From Octopus sinensis (lineage: Eukaryota): a DNA stretch of 64,000 nt. The stretch spans positions 62,248,001 through 62,312,000 of the forward strand of contig NC_042998.1 of the NCBI RefSeq assembly GCF_006345805.1, in the 5' to 3' direction. The position numbers were made by a program, and so were the translations under genes. This document shows, one piece after another, positions 25,993 through 38,359 of this stretch. Position 1 is the first letter of the stretch, and each line of letters starts with the position of its first letter. Below the pieces are notes generated by a model. It had not been told where the DNA came from, ran no database searches, and saw only the letters and a program-made list of their open reading frames with translations.

Positions 25993-28900
25993 GTAAGGAC
26001 ATCACTTTTGTTTTGATTTTTAAACACTGGGGGATGATAATTTCAAAAAGAAAAAAAATGCTTGATAGGCCTATGAGGTGGGGGTGGCTCTTGCAGCAAG
26101 TGTCACCAGTCATTCTCTGTAGTAGTGGCTTTGAAGTTATGTCTGTGAAGCATGGCCCCAAACATTGCATGTACATTTGATTGTACACCCCTGATATTTG
26201 GTTTGGGGTGTACAATCTATTACTCCCCACCCATATTTTGCTGCTTAATTCCTTCCCTCCCTCCTTTCCACCCTTTCTCTTTTTCTTGATGGCATAGTTC
26301 TGATGTTTTTTATCGCAGTAATTTGCTCTTTTATACTTTTAATATTTGTTTTTCTTTTCTTTTGAAAGGAACTCGGCCACTTTGCCTCCATGAGGCAAAG
26401 TGGCCGAGTTCCTTTTGAGTGTTGGGCCTCATGGAGGGCATAGTGGCTGAGTTCCTTTTGAGTGTTGGACCTCACGTTGATGAGGTAGCTGAGTTCCTTT
26501 CAAGTGTGCCTCACGGAGGCAAAGTGGCTGAGTTTATTTTGAGCGTTGGGCCTCATGTAGGGCATAGTTCCTTTTGAGTGTTGGGCCTCACAGAGGCAAT
26601 GATCAAGGCCTTTGGCATTATGTTGTGTTTGAGAAGAAGACCCATCAAGCCCAGCAAAATCGCAGTCATGGCAGATACTGGTGTCAGGCAAATGGCACCT
26701 GTGTCCGTGAAACATAAAAGCACCCATTACACTCTCAGAGTGGTTGGCGTTAGGAAGGACATCCAGACATAGAAAACCATTCCAAATCAGACTGGGGCCT
26801 GGCACAGCCTTCCAGCGTGCCATCCCAGTCAAACCGTCCAACCCATGCCAGCATGGAGAATGGACGTTAAATGATGATGATAATGAGTTGGGGTTATTTG
26901 TGGTTGCAGTCTCATTGACATTATCATTCAGTTTTTATTTTTGATGCTGGGTCAGAAGATTGCATCCTGTTCCAGTGTTTACTTTGCTAGGATTTCTTCC
27001 GAACTCCAACACATAGTGTTGTGTGCATTTTGCATTGTACCAGCACTAGTAAGGTTGCCATGTAGTAACCCCACTGGAGGAGTAGATAGCTTTGTGCTTG
27101 ATGAGAAATGGTTGGGGCTAGAACAAGTGTCTTGCTGTAAGGGAGTTACATGTCTGCTTGCTTTATATAAAAGTGGGTGAAGGCGGCGAGCTGGAAGAAT
27201 TGTTAGAACACTGGACAAAATGCTTATTAGTATTCTGCCCCTCATTAAGTTCTGAGTTCAAATTCTACCGAGGTTGACTTTACCTGTCATCCTTTTGGGG
27301 TCAATAAATTAAGTACCAGTTGAGCACTGGGGTCGAAGTAATCAACTACCCCCTCTCCCAACATTCCAGGCCTTGTACCTACTGTAGAAAGGGTTATATA
27401 AAAGTAGGTAGAAATAATCAGGGTGGAGCTAGAATGAGAAATAAAATTAATGATGACATGTCAGGTTAGACCCTGGTGGACAGAACACAAAGGGTGGGAG
27501 TTAGAGGTTGCAAAGGTGTAAGGGGAGCCTTCAGGCTAGGAGGTTCATGTTCTAAATGCTGTATGCAAAAAGAAAGAAAAAAAAAATCTCTGCTCATTGA
27601 AATTTCCCTTAAAGCTAGAGAAAGAAACTAAAAGCCTTGCAGCAATTGTTAGTGATTCACATAGAAAAGTAGGAGATAATTTCATGAAGTAAGAAGGAAA
27701 TACTGGTTTCAAATTTTGGCACAAGGCCAGTAATGTTGGGTGAGGGGATACTTATTTTATCGATCCTGAAAGGATGGAAGGCAAAGTTGAACCTCAATGG
27801 AATTTAAAGTCAGAATGAAACGCCACTAAGCTTTCTGTTGGACATGCTAACAATTCTGCCAGCTCCACTGCCTTATAAGAGAAGGAAATATTCTTTTCTA
27901 CTCTAGGCACAAGGCCTAAAAGTTTTGGGGAGGAGGCCAGTTTATTACATTGACCTCACTATGCAACTGGTACTTAATTTATCGACCCTGAAAGGATGAA
28001 AGGCAAAGTCAATCTCGGCGGAATTTGACTCAGAATGTGAAGACAGATGAAATACCGCTAAGCATTTTGCCCGGTGTGCTAACGTTTCTGCCAGCTTTCC
28101 GCCTTAAGAGAAGGAAATATTACCGGAATATTAGTTCATTTAAGATCTCATTAGAAAATTACCTAATTAATCTGATCATGTGTTGGATTATCATTATGAT
28201 TTAAGTCATTCCTTATTGGGAGAGCCACTGTTCCTAAAGCCTGGTGCTCATGTGTGTCATTTGGTTGGGTTTCTATGGTTGGATGCCCTTTCTAATGCCA
28301 ACCACTTTACAGAAGTGTACTAAGTGCATTTCTCCCATTAGAGAGGTTGAATAGACCTTGGTGAGACAGGACTAAGGGGCCTCATAACTGCATGCTTCCT
28401 ATTTCTCTATGTGTTGTAGTTTAACTGTTTAACATTTAAACTGGCCATATCAGGCCCAAATATTCTACCTGGTTTATGCTCCAACTGGCCAAATACAGCC
28501 TCTCTCACACCAAACCTGCACAATGTCATTCTAAATATAAGCCATCACATTATCGAAATCTTAAAGCTATGAGATAATGCAATGATTAATTTCTAAACAC
28601 TGTGAATCAATAAGCATTACATTTGACAGAATAATCTCAGTGCCAGAGGGTTAATCCAGTCATCTTCTGCCCGAACAGGCTTATGTTATTGAAGCATTCT
28701 GTTGATGTTACTAGGTGTGGCCCTCCTGTCTTTGTCTTGTGTGTGTGTGTTTGTGGAGGGGCATATATTCTAGGATTAAAAACATGGCGTTCATTTTAAT
28801 AGTAATTTCAGTGCAAATGTGCTTGATGTAGCATTATGACAAAAAATATTAATTCTTTAAAGTTATCCTCATTGATGAGAACAACCATCTCATTGACTGA

Positions 28901-30471
28901 TTTTGGTAGAAATAGGGAGAGAGAAAGAATGAGCAGGCTTGTGTGTATTTCTCTCTCTCTCTCTCTATGGAAGAGAGAGAGAGAGAGAACGAGCAGGTGT
29001 GTGCACCTGTGTAATGTAGTTTGGTCACTAATGTGGCTTGTACATATTTTAGAGGGGTGATCTAGAATCGTTATGGTATCCCTTTTCATCCTTCGGGGAT
29101 TTGATTCAGAGTCGTTGTTGTCTTTCATGAAATCGAATTACCTTTTTCTTTTTTTTTTTAACCCAACATCACCAAAATATGTCGTGTAGTGAAAATTCCT
29201 TCATGAAGGGCACACTGTGATGTAAGGGAAATAACTTATGTTGAAAAGTCGTACTAGAGTTATCTTTCGTAACCATCTACTCTTTCAATAAGATTTCTAT
29301 CTCTGTCGACTCTGCCAATTGTTGAGTTTTTAACTTAGTCTACCTCCAAGTGTCCTACTTCCCCATAATATAAATTTTATCTGATTATTTTGTAAAGACT
29401 GAGGCGACATTACATTGTAGTTTCAGTGATAAAATGGAATCGCCAAATGTCGATCCTCCTCCCGCTTTCTTCTTCTCCTCTCTATTCCTCTCCTCGTCCT
29501 CCCTCTCTCCTCTGCCCCACCTGTCTTTCTTGGAAACAAATTGACTGTGGACAGGCAAGGAGAGGGATGGACTCCACTAAGTTTAAAATGCCCAAGTGCA
29601 AGGAAGGTAAGACATCTATGAGTGTATGTGAATTCTTTTCCTTTAGTGTTGTTTCTTTAACCCAGACTTCTTTTTTTGTTGTATCTCTATTGGTAATTAG
29701 TGTCTTCATTTCTATTAATTGGAAACTCAGAAGGAATTTATATTAATCGCACCATTCGAACGTGATCATTGTCAGTGCCACTTGACTGGCTCCGATGCCA
29801 GTGGCACATAAAAAGCACCATTCGAGCGTGTTTGATACCAGGCCTGCTTGACTGGTCCCGTGCTGGTGGCATGTAAAAGGCTCCCACTACATTCTCGGAG
29901 TGGTTGGCATTAGGAAGGGCATCCAGCTGTAGAAACTTTGCCAGATTGGATTGGAGCCTGGTGCAGCCCTCTGGCTTGCCAGTCCTCAGTCAAACCATCT
30001 AACCCATGTCAGAATGGAAAGCAGACGTTAAACAACGATGATGACGATGATGATGAACTTTGTCATTATTAATCTGGTGTTTTTTTAAAGGCAGCAAGCT
30101 AGCAAAGCCATTACCAAGCTGGACAAAATGGATAGCTGCATTTCTCCTTTCTCTTGAAATTCTGAGTTCAGATTCTGCTTGGGTTGACTTTGCCTTTCAT
30201 TAGTTCCAGGATTGATAAAATAAGTTCCAGTTTAGCTCTAGAGCTGATATGAACGACTTCCCCTCCCTTCAAAATTACTGGCCTTTTGTGTAAATTAGAA
30301 AGAATTATTAACCTTCTGTTTGTAACATAACATGAAATTTTAATGGAAGATTTTTTTGTTTAGATCAGTTTAAAACAGGAAATTTGTATCATGGAGCCTG
30401 GGGCCATCCGAGGTGGGTTGGTATCAAAAGGGTCAAGGAACTTGAGAAAAAATTTTAAATTTATTTTGCAG

Positions 30472-30555
30472 CCTCTTGTCCAAATATTGGATCCCTCTGG
30501 AACAGTCTTCAGCTGTCTAATGAAATAGCAAAGGGTCCCTCCTTAATTATGTTCT
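30472..30555 (+). pseudogene. Frameshifted, donor-less duplicate of the 5' two-thirds of the 30791-30922 exon
   Basis: ttattttgcAG-cctcttgtccaaatattggatccctctggaac... aligns to 30791-30878 with a 4-nt deletion (GAAG), giving an in-frame TAG at 30526-30528. Confidence 0.9.
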
Positions 30556-30790
30556 TGATATAAATGACTCCCCCCCATCCCCGTCAAAATTACTTGAAAG
30601 AATTATGTCTGGAACATAACATGAAATTTTAATGGAAGTTTTTTTTTGTTTAGATCAGTTTAAAACAGGAAATTCATATCCTAGAACTAGGGGCAGTCTA
30701 AGGTGGGTTGGTATCAAAAGGGTTAAGGAACTTGAGAAAACACTAATTTATTTTCTTTTCCTTATTGTATTTTTCTTATTTATTTTGCAG

Positions 30791-30922
30791 CCTCTTGTCC
30801 AAATATTGAATCCCTCAGGAACGAAGAGTCTTCAGCTGTCTAATGAAATTGCAAAGGGTCCCACCTTAATTATGTTCTCTAACCATTATCCTTTATTTCA
30901 TGTAAATCACAATTACCACATG
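30791..30922 (+). CDS. TXNDC11: TXNDC11-like exon (functional copy of a locally duplicated exon)
   Basis: tattttgcAG / ATG|GTAAGA; 132 nt, phase 0 to 0. PLVQILNPSGTKSLQLSNEIAKGPTLIMFSNHYPLFHVNHNYHM (cf. [21 protein letters not shown]). Confidence 0.92.
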
Positions 30923-31024
30923 GTAAGATTTATTTCACTTCATTTTTGTATTTTGTTTGCAAGATTCCAGCTGTGAATTTGTCTGTTGAAACAAATCTTG
31001 TGTTTTTGGGAGGGTCAGTAAGCC

Positions 31025-31340
31025 AATAATGACATGCGTAGTTTAGTGGTTAGGGTATTCTACTTACAATTGTAAAGTTGTGAGTTCGATTCCCAGTGAC
31101 ACATTGTGTTTTTGAGCAAGACACTTTGTTCCACATTACTCAAGTCCACTCAGCTGGCAAAAATGAGATGTACTTGTAATTCAAAAGGCCAGCCTTGTCA
31201 CATTCCCTGAGAAACTACATTAAGGTTACATGTGTCTGTTGAGTGCTCAACCACTTGCTCCTTAATTTCACAAGCAGGCTTCTTTGTTGATCAGATCAAC
31301 TGGAACTCTTGTTGTCGTAATCAATGGAGTGCCAGTAAAA
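31025..31340 (+). mobile_element. SINE family D (tRNA-like head, ttgtgtccttgagcaagacactt core)
   Basis: Copies at about 6455-7270 (split by LTR copy 1), 31025-31340 and 43285-43620. Confidence 0.7.
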
Positions 31341-32484
31341 TAACACATGCATTGGTTCAATAACACTTCTTCAAATCTAACCAGGTAACTAATCAATATT
31401 TTGTGCCAGCGCTACCTTGACTGGCCTCCATGCCGGTGACACGTAAAAAGCACCGACTGATTGTGGCCGTTGCCAGCCTACCCTGGCACCTGTGCCGCTG
31501 GCACGTAAAAAGCGTCCACTACACTCTCAGGGTGGTTGACATTAGGAAGGGCATCCATCTGTAGAAACACTGCCAGATCTGATTGGAGCCTGGTGCAGCC
31601 TCCTGGCTTCCCAGACTCCAGTCAAACCATCCAACCAATGCCAGCATAGAAAACGGATGTTAAATGATGATGATGACGATGATGAAATCTACAAGTCTGT
31701 CTACGAGTGCTTGTGAATTGGCTATCAGATTTAGAAGTGATGGTGTGTGTGAGTCTAGTGTGAGTGAAAGTGATTCAGGAAATGATTATAATAATATTTT
31801 TTATTATAAATCATCTTGACATTCTTTTTACTTTACATAAAATATTCTTAACATTCTACTGTTCTTTTATTTTCATTTATTTACGAGTATTATAAATTTT
31901 ATAGGTAAAATATTTTTCTGGGAACGAATTACGATTTATAACATTGCTACCATGGAAAATTATTACTCTACTTTACGAGTTTTTGCTTTACGAGCGGTCT
32001 CCAGGAACAAATTAACTGGTATAATGAAGATTTTCTGTATATAGTTTGTCTGTCAGACCAGCTGGAGCATGTTGATTATGTATGTTATCTGGTGGTAAAA
32101 CATAATAACTGAGACAAACATGTGGTTGCTTCACTTGCTTGAAATAGCAGCCAAATCTTCTGCCAATTACACTTTACCAGCCTTAAACTAGAAGAACATA
32201 GTGAATAAATTTTCACCAGAAGGGATGGTCATAGCTGGAATATCTTTGGTCTTCAGTCTTCTAGATCAGAGCTTACCAGGGGCTGAATAATAACAAATAA
32301 TAAATGCTTAACTGAAATTGTGTTTTATAGGTGCTTTCAGTTGAAGTTACTTTCTAAAAAATTGTACCTACACATGCATGTAGCATCCATGTACTCACAT
32401 ATGTATTATATATATATAAATGCTTTTGTCATTCTGTGTCAGATTAAAATATTAAAAAAATCTTTTTTATTTTCGTTTTAACAG

Positions 32485-33453
32485 TTGCGAGAAATTGCAT
32501 TAGAATATACTAAATGTGAAATGGATGAAATCAGTAATGAAAACCTGTTGTACAGTTTAACTCACCGTCTTTCTTCTATGAAGAAACTGCAAGAACTTAC
32601 AAAGTGTAGCAAAGAGCAACAGCGGGAAGGTTTCCCTAGCCATGCTAAACGTATTGCTTCACAGAAAGCAGAGCAGCAACTTCCTAAAAGTCTCCCATTT
32701 ACCTATCTTGTCAGCAGCAAGTATTTCCCAGCATCTTCATCTTTGCTCGTCTGCCAGTGCTGTGTGAGTGTGTTACAGAAACATTTATTGGAGGGACATC
32801 TTTATCGCAATGTGTGCGAAGTCTGCTACAACAGTGTGAAGTCGGCCAGAAGTTGTCATTTACCATGCAACTGTCCCAAGGGATCAACTTACAAATTCAA
32901 TGAAGACCGTATTTACAGTACTTTGCAAAACAAGTGCCTTCAATTTTCTCCAAATTACATTCCCACTCAGTACAAATCGGTCTGCTGTCATAAAATGCAT
33001 AAACTCACAACTAATTCTTCCAAACCTTTTTCTTCCTCTTCATTCTCTTTTCCTGTTCCTCCAACTCCTTCCTCTTCCTCTGATTCTTCTAACGTTTCTT
33101 ATTCTTCCAAAACAGCTAACAAGACTCCCTCCTCTAAAGATCCTTCTAACAGTTCTGTAGATAACACACTACAAGATCCTTTCATCATACAAGTCTTAAA
33201 GAATCGGACGCAACAATTATGTGATCATTATAATTTACAATTTGTACAGGGTGTTCCTATTGACACCAATTTTAATGTTTTGTCATTAACTCTTGTTAAG
33301 AATTTTTCTGGTTTGTCATGCCGGACCAACAAGACTGTCCATTTCTATGCTATGGATCTTACAAACCATTGGATGTTTGCTGACCGGTTTGGTCTGAATA
33401 GCACAAAACTACTAGAAATTGACCAACCAGCAGTTGTGATGGTGGACATGGCG
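32485..33453 (+). CDS. TXNDC11: TXNDC11-like large exon: Cys-rich and Ser/Pro-rich central region
   Basis: ttttaacAG / GCG|GTAAGA; 969 nt, phase 0 to 0. LREIALEYTKC...NVCEVC...SVCC...NFSGLSCRTNKTVHFYAMD...WMFADRFG...VVMVDMA; NVCEVC and GLSCRTNKT are TXNDC11 hallmarks. Confidence 0.95.
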
Positions 33454-34129
33454 GTAAGAAGATACTGTCTCTGTTACCAGAGTTTTATCATCATTTTTGT
33501 TTTTCTACCTTATTCTTTTATTTTATTTAAGCCTTTCATTACCACATTGCTAACCAAATACACAGCCTGTGTTTCAATTGATATAGGAAATAATCCAAAA
33601 TTTTTTTGGAATTTCATTAAAATAACTAGTTTTCACGTTGTTAATTCTTTAGCATTCAGATTACTCTGTCAAATGTAATACTTATTGATTTGCATTGAAT
33701 TGAATTAATTATGCATTATCTTTTAGCTTTGAAATTTTGATGATGTGATTGTTTAGTTTTTTAGTAACATTGTAGGGTAGGTGTGAGGGGCCAGATGTAA
33801 CTAGTTTGAACAGAAAACCATTAGAATGTTTGGGCCTGATGGCTGGTTTAAATTCTAAAGAGTTAAGCTGATGTTTGGACTGAGGTCTGGAGAGCCAGAT
33901 GGCTGCACCAGGCTCCAATCTGATCTGGCAGAGTTTCTACAGCCGGATGTCCTTCCTAATGCCAATCACTCTGAGTGTAGTGGGTGCTTTTGCGTGCCAT
34001 TGGCACGAGGGCCAGTCAGGCAGTACTGGCAACGACCACGCTCAAATGGTGTTTTTTACATGACACCTGCACAGGAGCCAGTCCAGCAGCACTAGAAACA
34101 ACCTCGCTCGAATGTCATCAATCATAAAA

Positions 34130-34330
34130 AATAAGTAGAACCTGTTGTATGAATTTAATTAATCATGAAACATAAGTAGAACCTGTTGTTGTGTATTTAA
34201 TGAACTATGAAATAGAAATAGTACCTGTAGTGGTGTATATCAAATCAACAGTGAAGTAGGAATGAAACTTGTGACTTTAATCAACCATGAAAAATTAAAG
34301 GGATCTGTTGTGTGCAGCTAATCAACCATG
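34130..34330. repeat. About 42-bp degenerate minisatellite, about 5 copies
   Basis: Repeating AAGTAGAACCTGTTGT...AATCAACCATGAA. Confidence 0.65.
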
Positions 34331-34417
34331 AAGACTAGAGTCACTTGAGATGCAATTCAGCTTTAATCCTTTAGCATTCAGATTACTCTGTTTGATGTAA
34401 TGCTTATCTATTTACAT

Positions 34418-34913
34418 TCATCATCATCATCATCATTTAGCGTCCGCTTTCCATGCTAGCATGGGTTGGACGGTTCAACTGGGGTCTGGGAAGCCTTACT
34501 AGCAGCGTCTCTGTACATGGCTCGCACAGCTCTCACTAACCAGTCATCTATCCCTAGTTTCCTCATTGACCACCAGATAAGGGATCGGGGACCCTGTCAA
34601 AGGCTTTCTCCATGTCAACAAAAGCCAGGTACAGGGGCTTATCTTTGGCTAGGTATTTCTCCTGCAGCTGTCTTACCAGGAATATAGCATCAGTAGTACT
34701 TTTCCCTGGCACGAACCCAAACTGCATCTCATCTAAGCTAACTCACTCTCTAATTAGTTGGGCTATGACCCTCTCTGCAACCTTCATTACCTGATCTAGC
34801 AGCTTGATACCCTTGTAGTTATTTGTATCTAGGGCGTCACCTTTACCTTTGTAGCAGTTGACTATTGTGCTGCTACACCAGTCATTGGGAATGACTCCTT
34901 CGTGTATCATTTG
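34418..34913 (-). mobile_element. RTE-clade RT fragment fused to an (ATG)n SINE/LINE 3' tail, inserted in a TTAA MITE
   Basis: IPNDWCSSTIVNCYKGKGDALDTNNYKGIKLLDQVMKV...QFGFVPGKSTTDAIFLVRQLQEKY...AFVDMEKAFDRVP...WWSMRKLG...AMYRDAASK, then joined to gcttcccagaccccagttgaaccgtccaacccatgctagcatggaaagcggacgctaaatgatgatg. Confidence 0.9.
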
Positions 34914-35066
34914 AATTAATCAGCATTGTTTTGTAGCTTTGAGATTTCAATGATATAACTGTTTATTTTTAGAATGACATTGTAGGGTAGTCGTGAGAGG
35001 CCAGATCTGGCTGGTTTGAACATAAAACAGGTAGAATATTTTAGACAGATATGGCTGCTAAAGAGT

Positions 35067-35770
35067 TATACCTAGCAGTTGTCAATCTGGAAAAGGCCTT
35101 TGACAGGGTTCTCGTCATCATCATTGTTTAACGTCTGCTTTCCATGCTAGCATGGGTTGGACGATTTGACTGAGGACTGGCGAACCAGATGGCTGCACCA
35201 GGCTCCAATCTGATCTGGCAGAGTTTCTACAGCTGGATGCCCTTCCTAACACCAACCACTCCGAGAGTGTAGTGGGTGCTTTTACGTGCCACCGGCACGA
35301 GGGCCAGTCAGGCGGTACTGGCAATGGCCATGCTCAAGTGGTGTTTTTTACATGCCACTTGCACAGGAGCCAGTCCAGCGGCACTGGCAACGACCTCGCT
35401 CAAATGTTTTTTCACATGCCACCGGCACAAGTGCCTGTGAGGTAGCGATCACGGTTGAATGGTGCCAGTAAGGTAACGATCACGCTTGAATGGTGCTTTT
35501 TACATGCCATCGGCATGGAAGCCAGTCAGCTGCACTGGCAACAATCACGCTCGGATGGTGCTCTTAGCGCACCACTAGCACGGATGCCAGTCATCAAATT
35601 TGATTTCGATTTCGAGTGCTCTGTAATCTGATGGTTGCTAAGAAACCTAAGAATAGATAAATAACTTGTGATGGCCGTGCAAACCATGTACGAAGGAACA
35701 GTTAGCAAGGTGAGAGTCAGTAAGGAGTACAGTGATGAGTTTTTTTGTGTGGTAAGAGGTCTACCTGGGC
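35067..35770 (+). mobile_element. RTE-clade RT fragment split by a SINE
   Basis: LYLAVVNLEKAFDRV (about 35067-35112) resumes after a minus-strand SINE as WLLRNLRIDK*LVMAVQTMYEGTVSKVRV..YSDEF (about 35625-35750). Confidence 0.8.
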
Positions 35771-36214
35771 TTGTTCCTCAGATCCCTTTTATTTATCATA
35801 CTCTTTCTCCCATCAATAAGAGAGGAGTTTTAAGCAAGCTGTCTGTGGAAACTCATATGTATACATATATATAGGAAACTCACTCTCACACACACATACA
35901 CACACACACATGGCTGTGTAGTTAAAAAGTTTGCCTTGCAGCCATGTAGTTTTGACATCTTAGGCAAGTGTCTTCTACTAGAGCTCTGGGCTGATCAATG
36001 CCTTGTGGCCTTATGGCTGAAGTTGGTAGATTGAAACTGTGTGGAAGCCAGTTATACTCCGCTGGATGAGTAAAAAGAAATGAACTGGGACTGAACCCGG
36101 AACCATGTGGTTGGTAAGCAAGCACTTACCACACAGCCACTCCTACTGTTTGTTTACTTTTTTCTAAATCTGTCAGGAAGGTCTTTTTGTCCCAGCATCT
36201 CTTTTAAACAGAAT

Positions 36215-36455
36215 ATTGATATAGTTCACTACTACACTGATGAGGTTAGCAATAATATAGATCTATAGTTCAATATGATCAGCAATAATACAGATCAATA
36301 TTCTACTGATACGCTATAATGTAAATCTATTATTCAGTACTCTATTGATCAGCAATAAGATTGACTTATAGTTCAATACTGGTTAGCAATAAGATAAACT
36401 TATAGTTCAATACTGCTTACCTATAATATAGATCTGTAGTTCAATACTGATTAGC
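36215..36455. repeat. About 34-bp degenerate minisatellite, about 7 copies
   Basis: Consensus near TATAGTTCAATACTGATTAGCAATAATATAGATC. Confidence 0.75.
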
Positions 36456-36619
36456 TATCCTTGCTTAAGGAAATAATGTACTGCCCGATACAGGAATTGA
36501 AATCATGACCTCATGAAAATGACCCTTGCACCTTAACCACTGGGCCACATTCTTTCTATATTATAGTTTATCCAATACAGATAGACATTAGGGTACAATT
36601 TTAGATGCTGTCATAGTCA

Positions 36620-37365
36620 GTTATTGCCACTGGTCTAATGTTAAATATCTGTTTCACAGTAAAATAAAAACCAAATGGAAATTGTAGTTGTGATACCCAT
36701 GCCGGTGGCATGTAGAAAGCACCATCTGAACGTGGCCGATACCAGCACTGCCTTGACTGGCTTCTGTGCCAGTGGCATGTAAAAAGCACCAACTGATTGT
36801 GGCTGTTGCCAGCCTCCTCTGACCCCTGTGCTTGTGGCACGTAAAAAGCCCCCACTACACTCTCGGATTGGTTGGCATTAGGAAGGGCATCCAGCTGTAG
36901 AAACACTGCCAGATCAGACTGGGGCCTAGTGCAGCCTCCTGGCTTCCCAGATCCCAGTCGAACTGTCCAACCCATGCTAGCATGGAAAACAGATGTTAAA
37001 TGATGATGATGTTGATGATAAGTACTTCTTTGAGGCATAAAGCCTACCTGTTCTTCTGCCGTCCCCGTAAGTCTATTTAGTAGAACTCTTAACAATACTT
37101 TGATGGAATGGATAATTAGGCTGATTGTTCTGTGATTCTGGCAGAGTCTTAAGTTATTTTTATCAGGAATGGGTATCATCAGTGATCAGGTCCACTCCTT
37201 TGTCCACTGTTTTGTCTCCTATATCTTCTCACAGTTAGTGCCTTGAGTAGCTTTGGCCTTCCATATTTCAGAAGCTTGGATGGTATGTTATCCACTCTTT
37301 GGGATTTCCTACCTTTGAGCATGTGCACTGCTTCTTTGACTTCCTTCTGGAGAATTGAAGTCTTC
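36620..37365 (-). mobile_element. RTE-clade RT fragment split by a SINE
   Basis: EVKEAVHMLKGRKSQRVDNIPSKLLKYG...SLMIPIP...CQNHRTISLI.HSIKVLL..EEQVGFMPQRST [SINE about 36663-37020] TVKQIFNIR. Confidence 0.85.
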
Positions 37366-38310
37366 ATCATCATTTAACGCCTGTTGTCCATACTGGCATG
37401 GGTAGGACAGTTTGACTGAACTGGCATGCTGGAAAGCTGCACCAGGCTCCAGTCTGATTTGGCATAGTTTTCTGTGGCTGAATGCTCCTCCTAACACCAA
37501 CCACTCCAAGAGTATAATGGGTGCTTTTATGTGCCACCGGCATGGGTGCCATTTGCGTGACACCAAGGTACTTTTTCGGGCTACCAGCATGGGTACCAAT
37601 TTGCGTGACACTGGTATCTGCTACAACTGTGATTTTGTTCGACTTGATGGGTCTTCTTCTCAAGTACAACATAATGCTAAAGGTCTCGGTCATTGCTTCT
37701 GTGAGGTCCAACACTCGAAAGGAACTCAGTCACTTTGCCTCCATGATCCCTGATTTTTCTGTTATTGTTGTAACATTAGCCATGCTATAGCTGATAAGCC
37801 TCCGACTTACACTAATAAAGCTATGTTGTGGTGGATTACTTACATCCTCAATTTGACATGGCACATTGGCTAAATAATACTCTTTCATAATAACACTGAA
37901 ATATAAGTGTAAGAATTTCAAATCCTTTTTGTTTAATTCAATTTAAAAAGACAAACATGCATGGGAGAAAAAGCTAATTATTCTTTAAAAAAATTATTTA
38001 AAATGTTTTATTAGCTTTTCTCTTTTGCACTTAAATTTATATATATTTCAGATGCAAAGGCCTATCTTCAGAAAAATGCGGTGTATTTACATAGATCCTG
38101 CCATTTTGGATGGCCAGATGGTCACTGTCCATCCGGCTGTCTCATCTGAAGCTAGGCCTTTGCACCCAAAATATAAAGGTTTTTTAAAACTTCCTGCATT
38201 GTTAGAAGCCTTCCTTTTTTCTCATTTCATTCATTCATTCTACTTCTATACTACAATGCTTCAAGTGAACTACAATGACCTTCTAAAAATTTTTGTTTCT
38301 TTTTCTGCAG

Positions 38311-38359
38311 GATGAAAAAAATTATGTCCTTAAGAAGCCATTCTCTAAAACCTCAGTTG
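38311..38359 (+). CDS. TXNDC11: TXNDC11-like small exon
   Basis: ttttctgcAG / G|GTAAGT; 49 nt, phase 0 to 1. DEKNYVLKKPFSKTSV (cf. EESHYIL); phases fit both neighbours. Confidence 0.85.

Noticed and set aside
32485-33678. 397-aa ORF as a stand-alone gene
   Set aside because: It begins at a splice acceptor (TTG, not ATG). Similarity ends at the GTAAGA donor at 33454, and the rest is intron read-through.
38025-38315. ORF with an AG before MQRPIFRK as an extra exon
   Set aside because: No donor and no similarity; the phase chain is already complete using 38311-38359.
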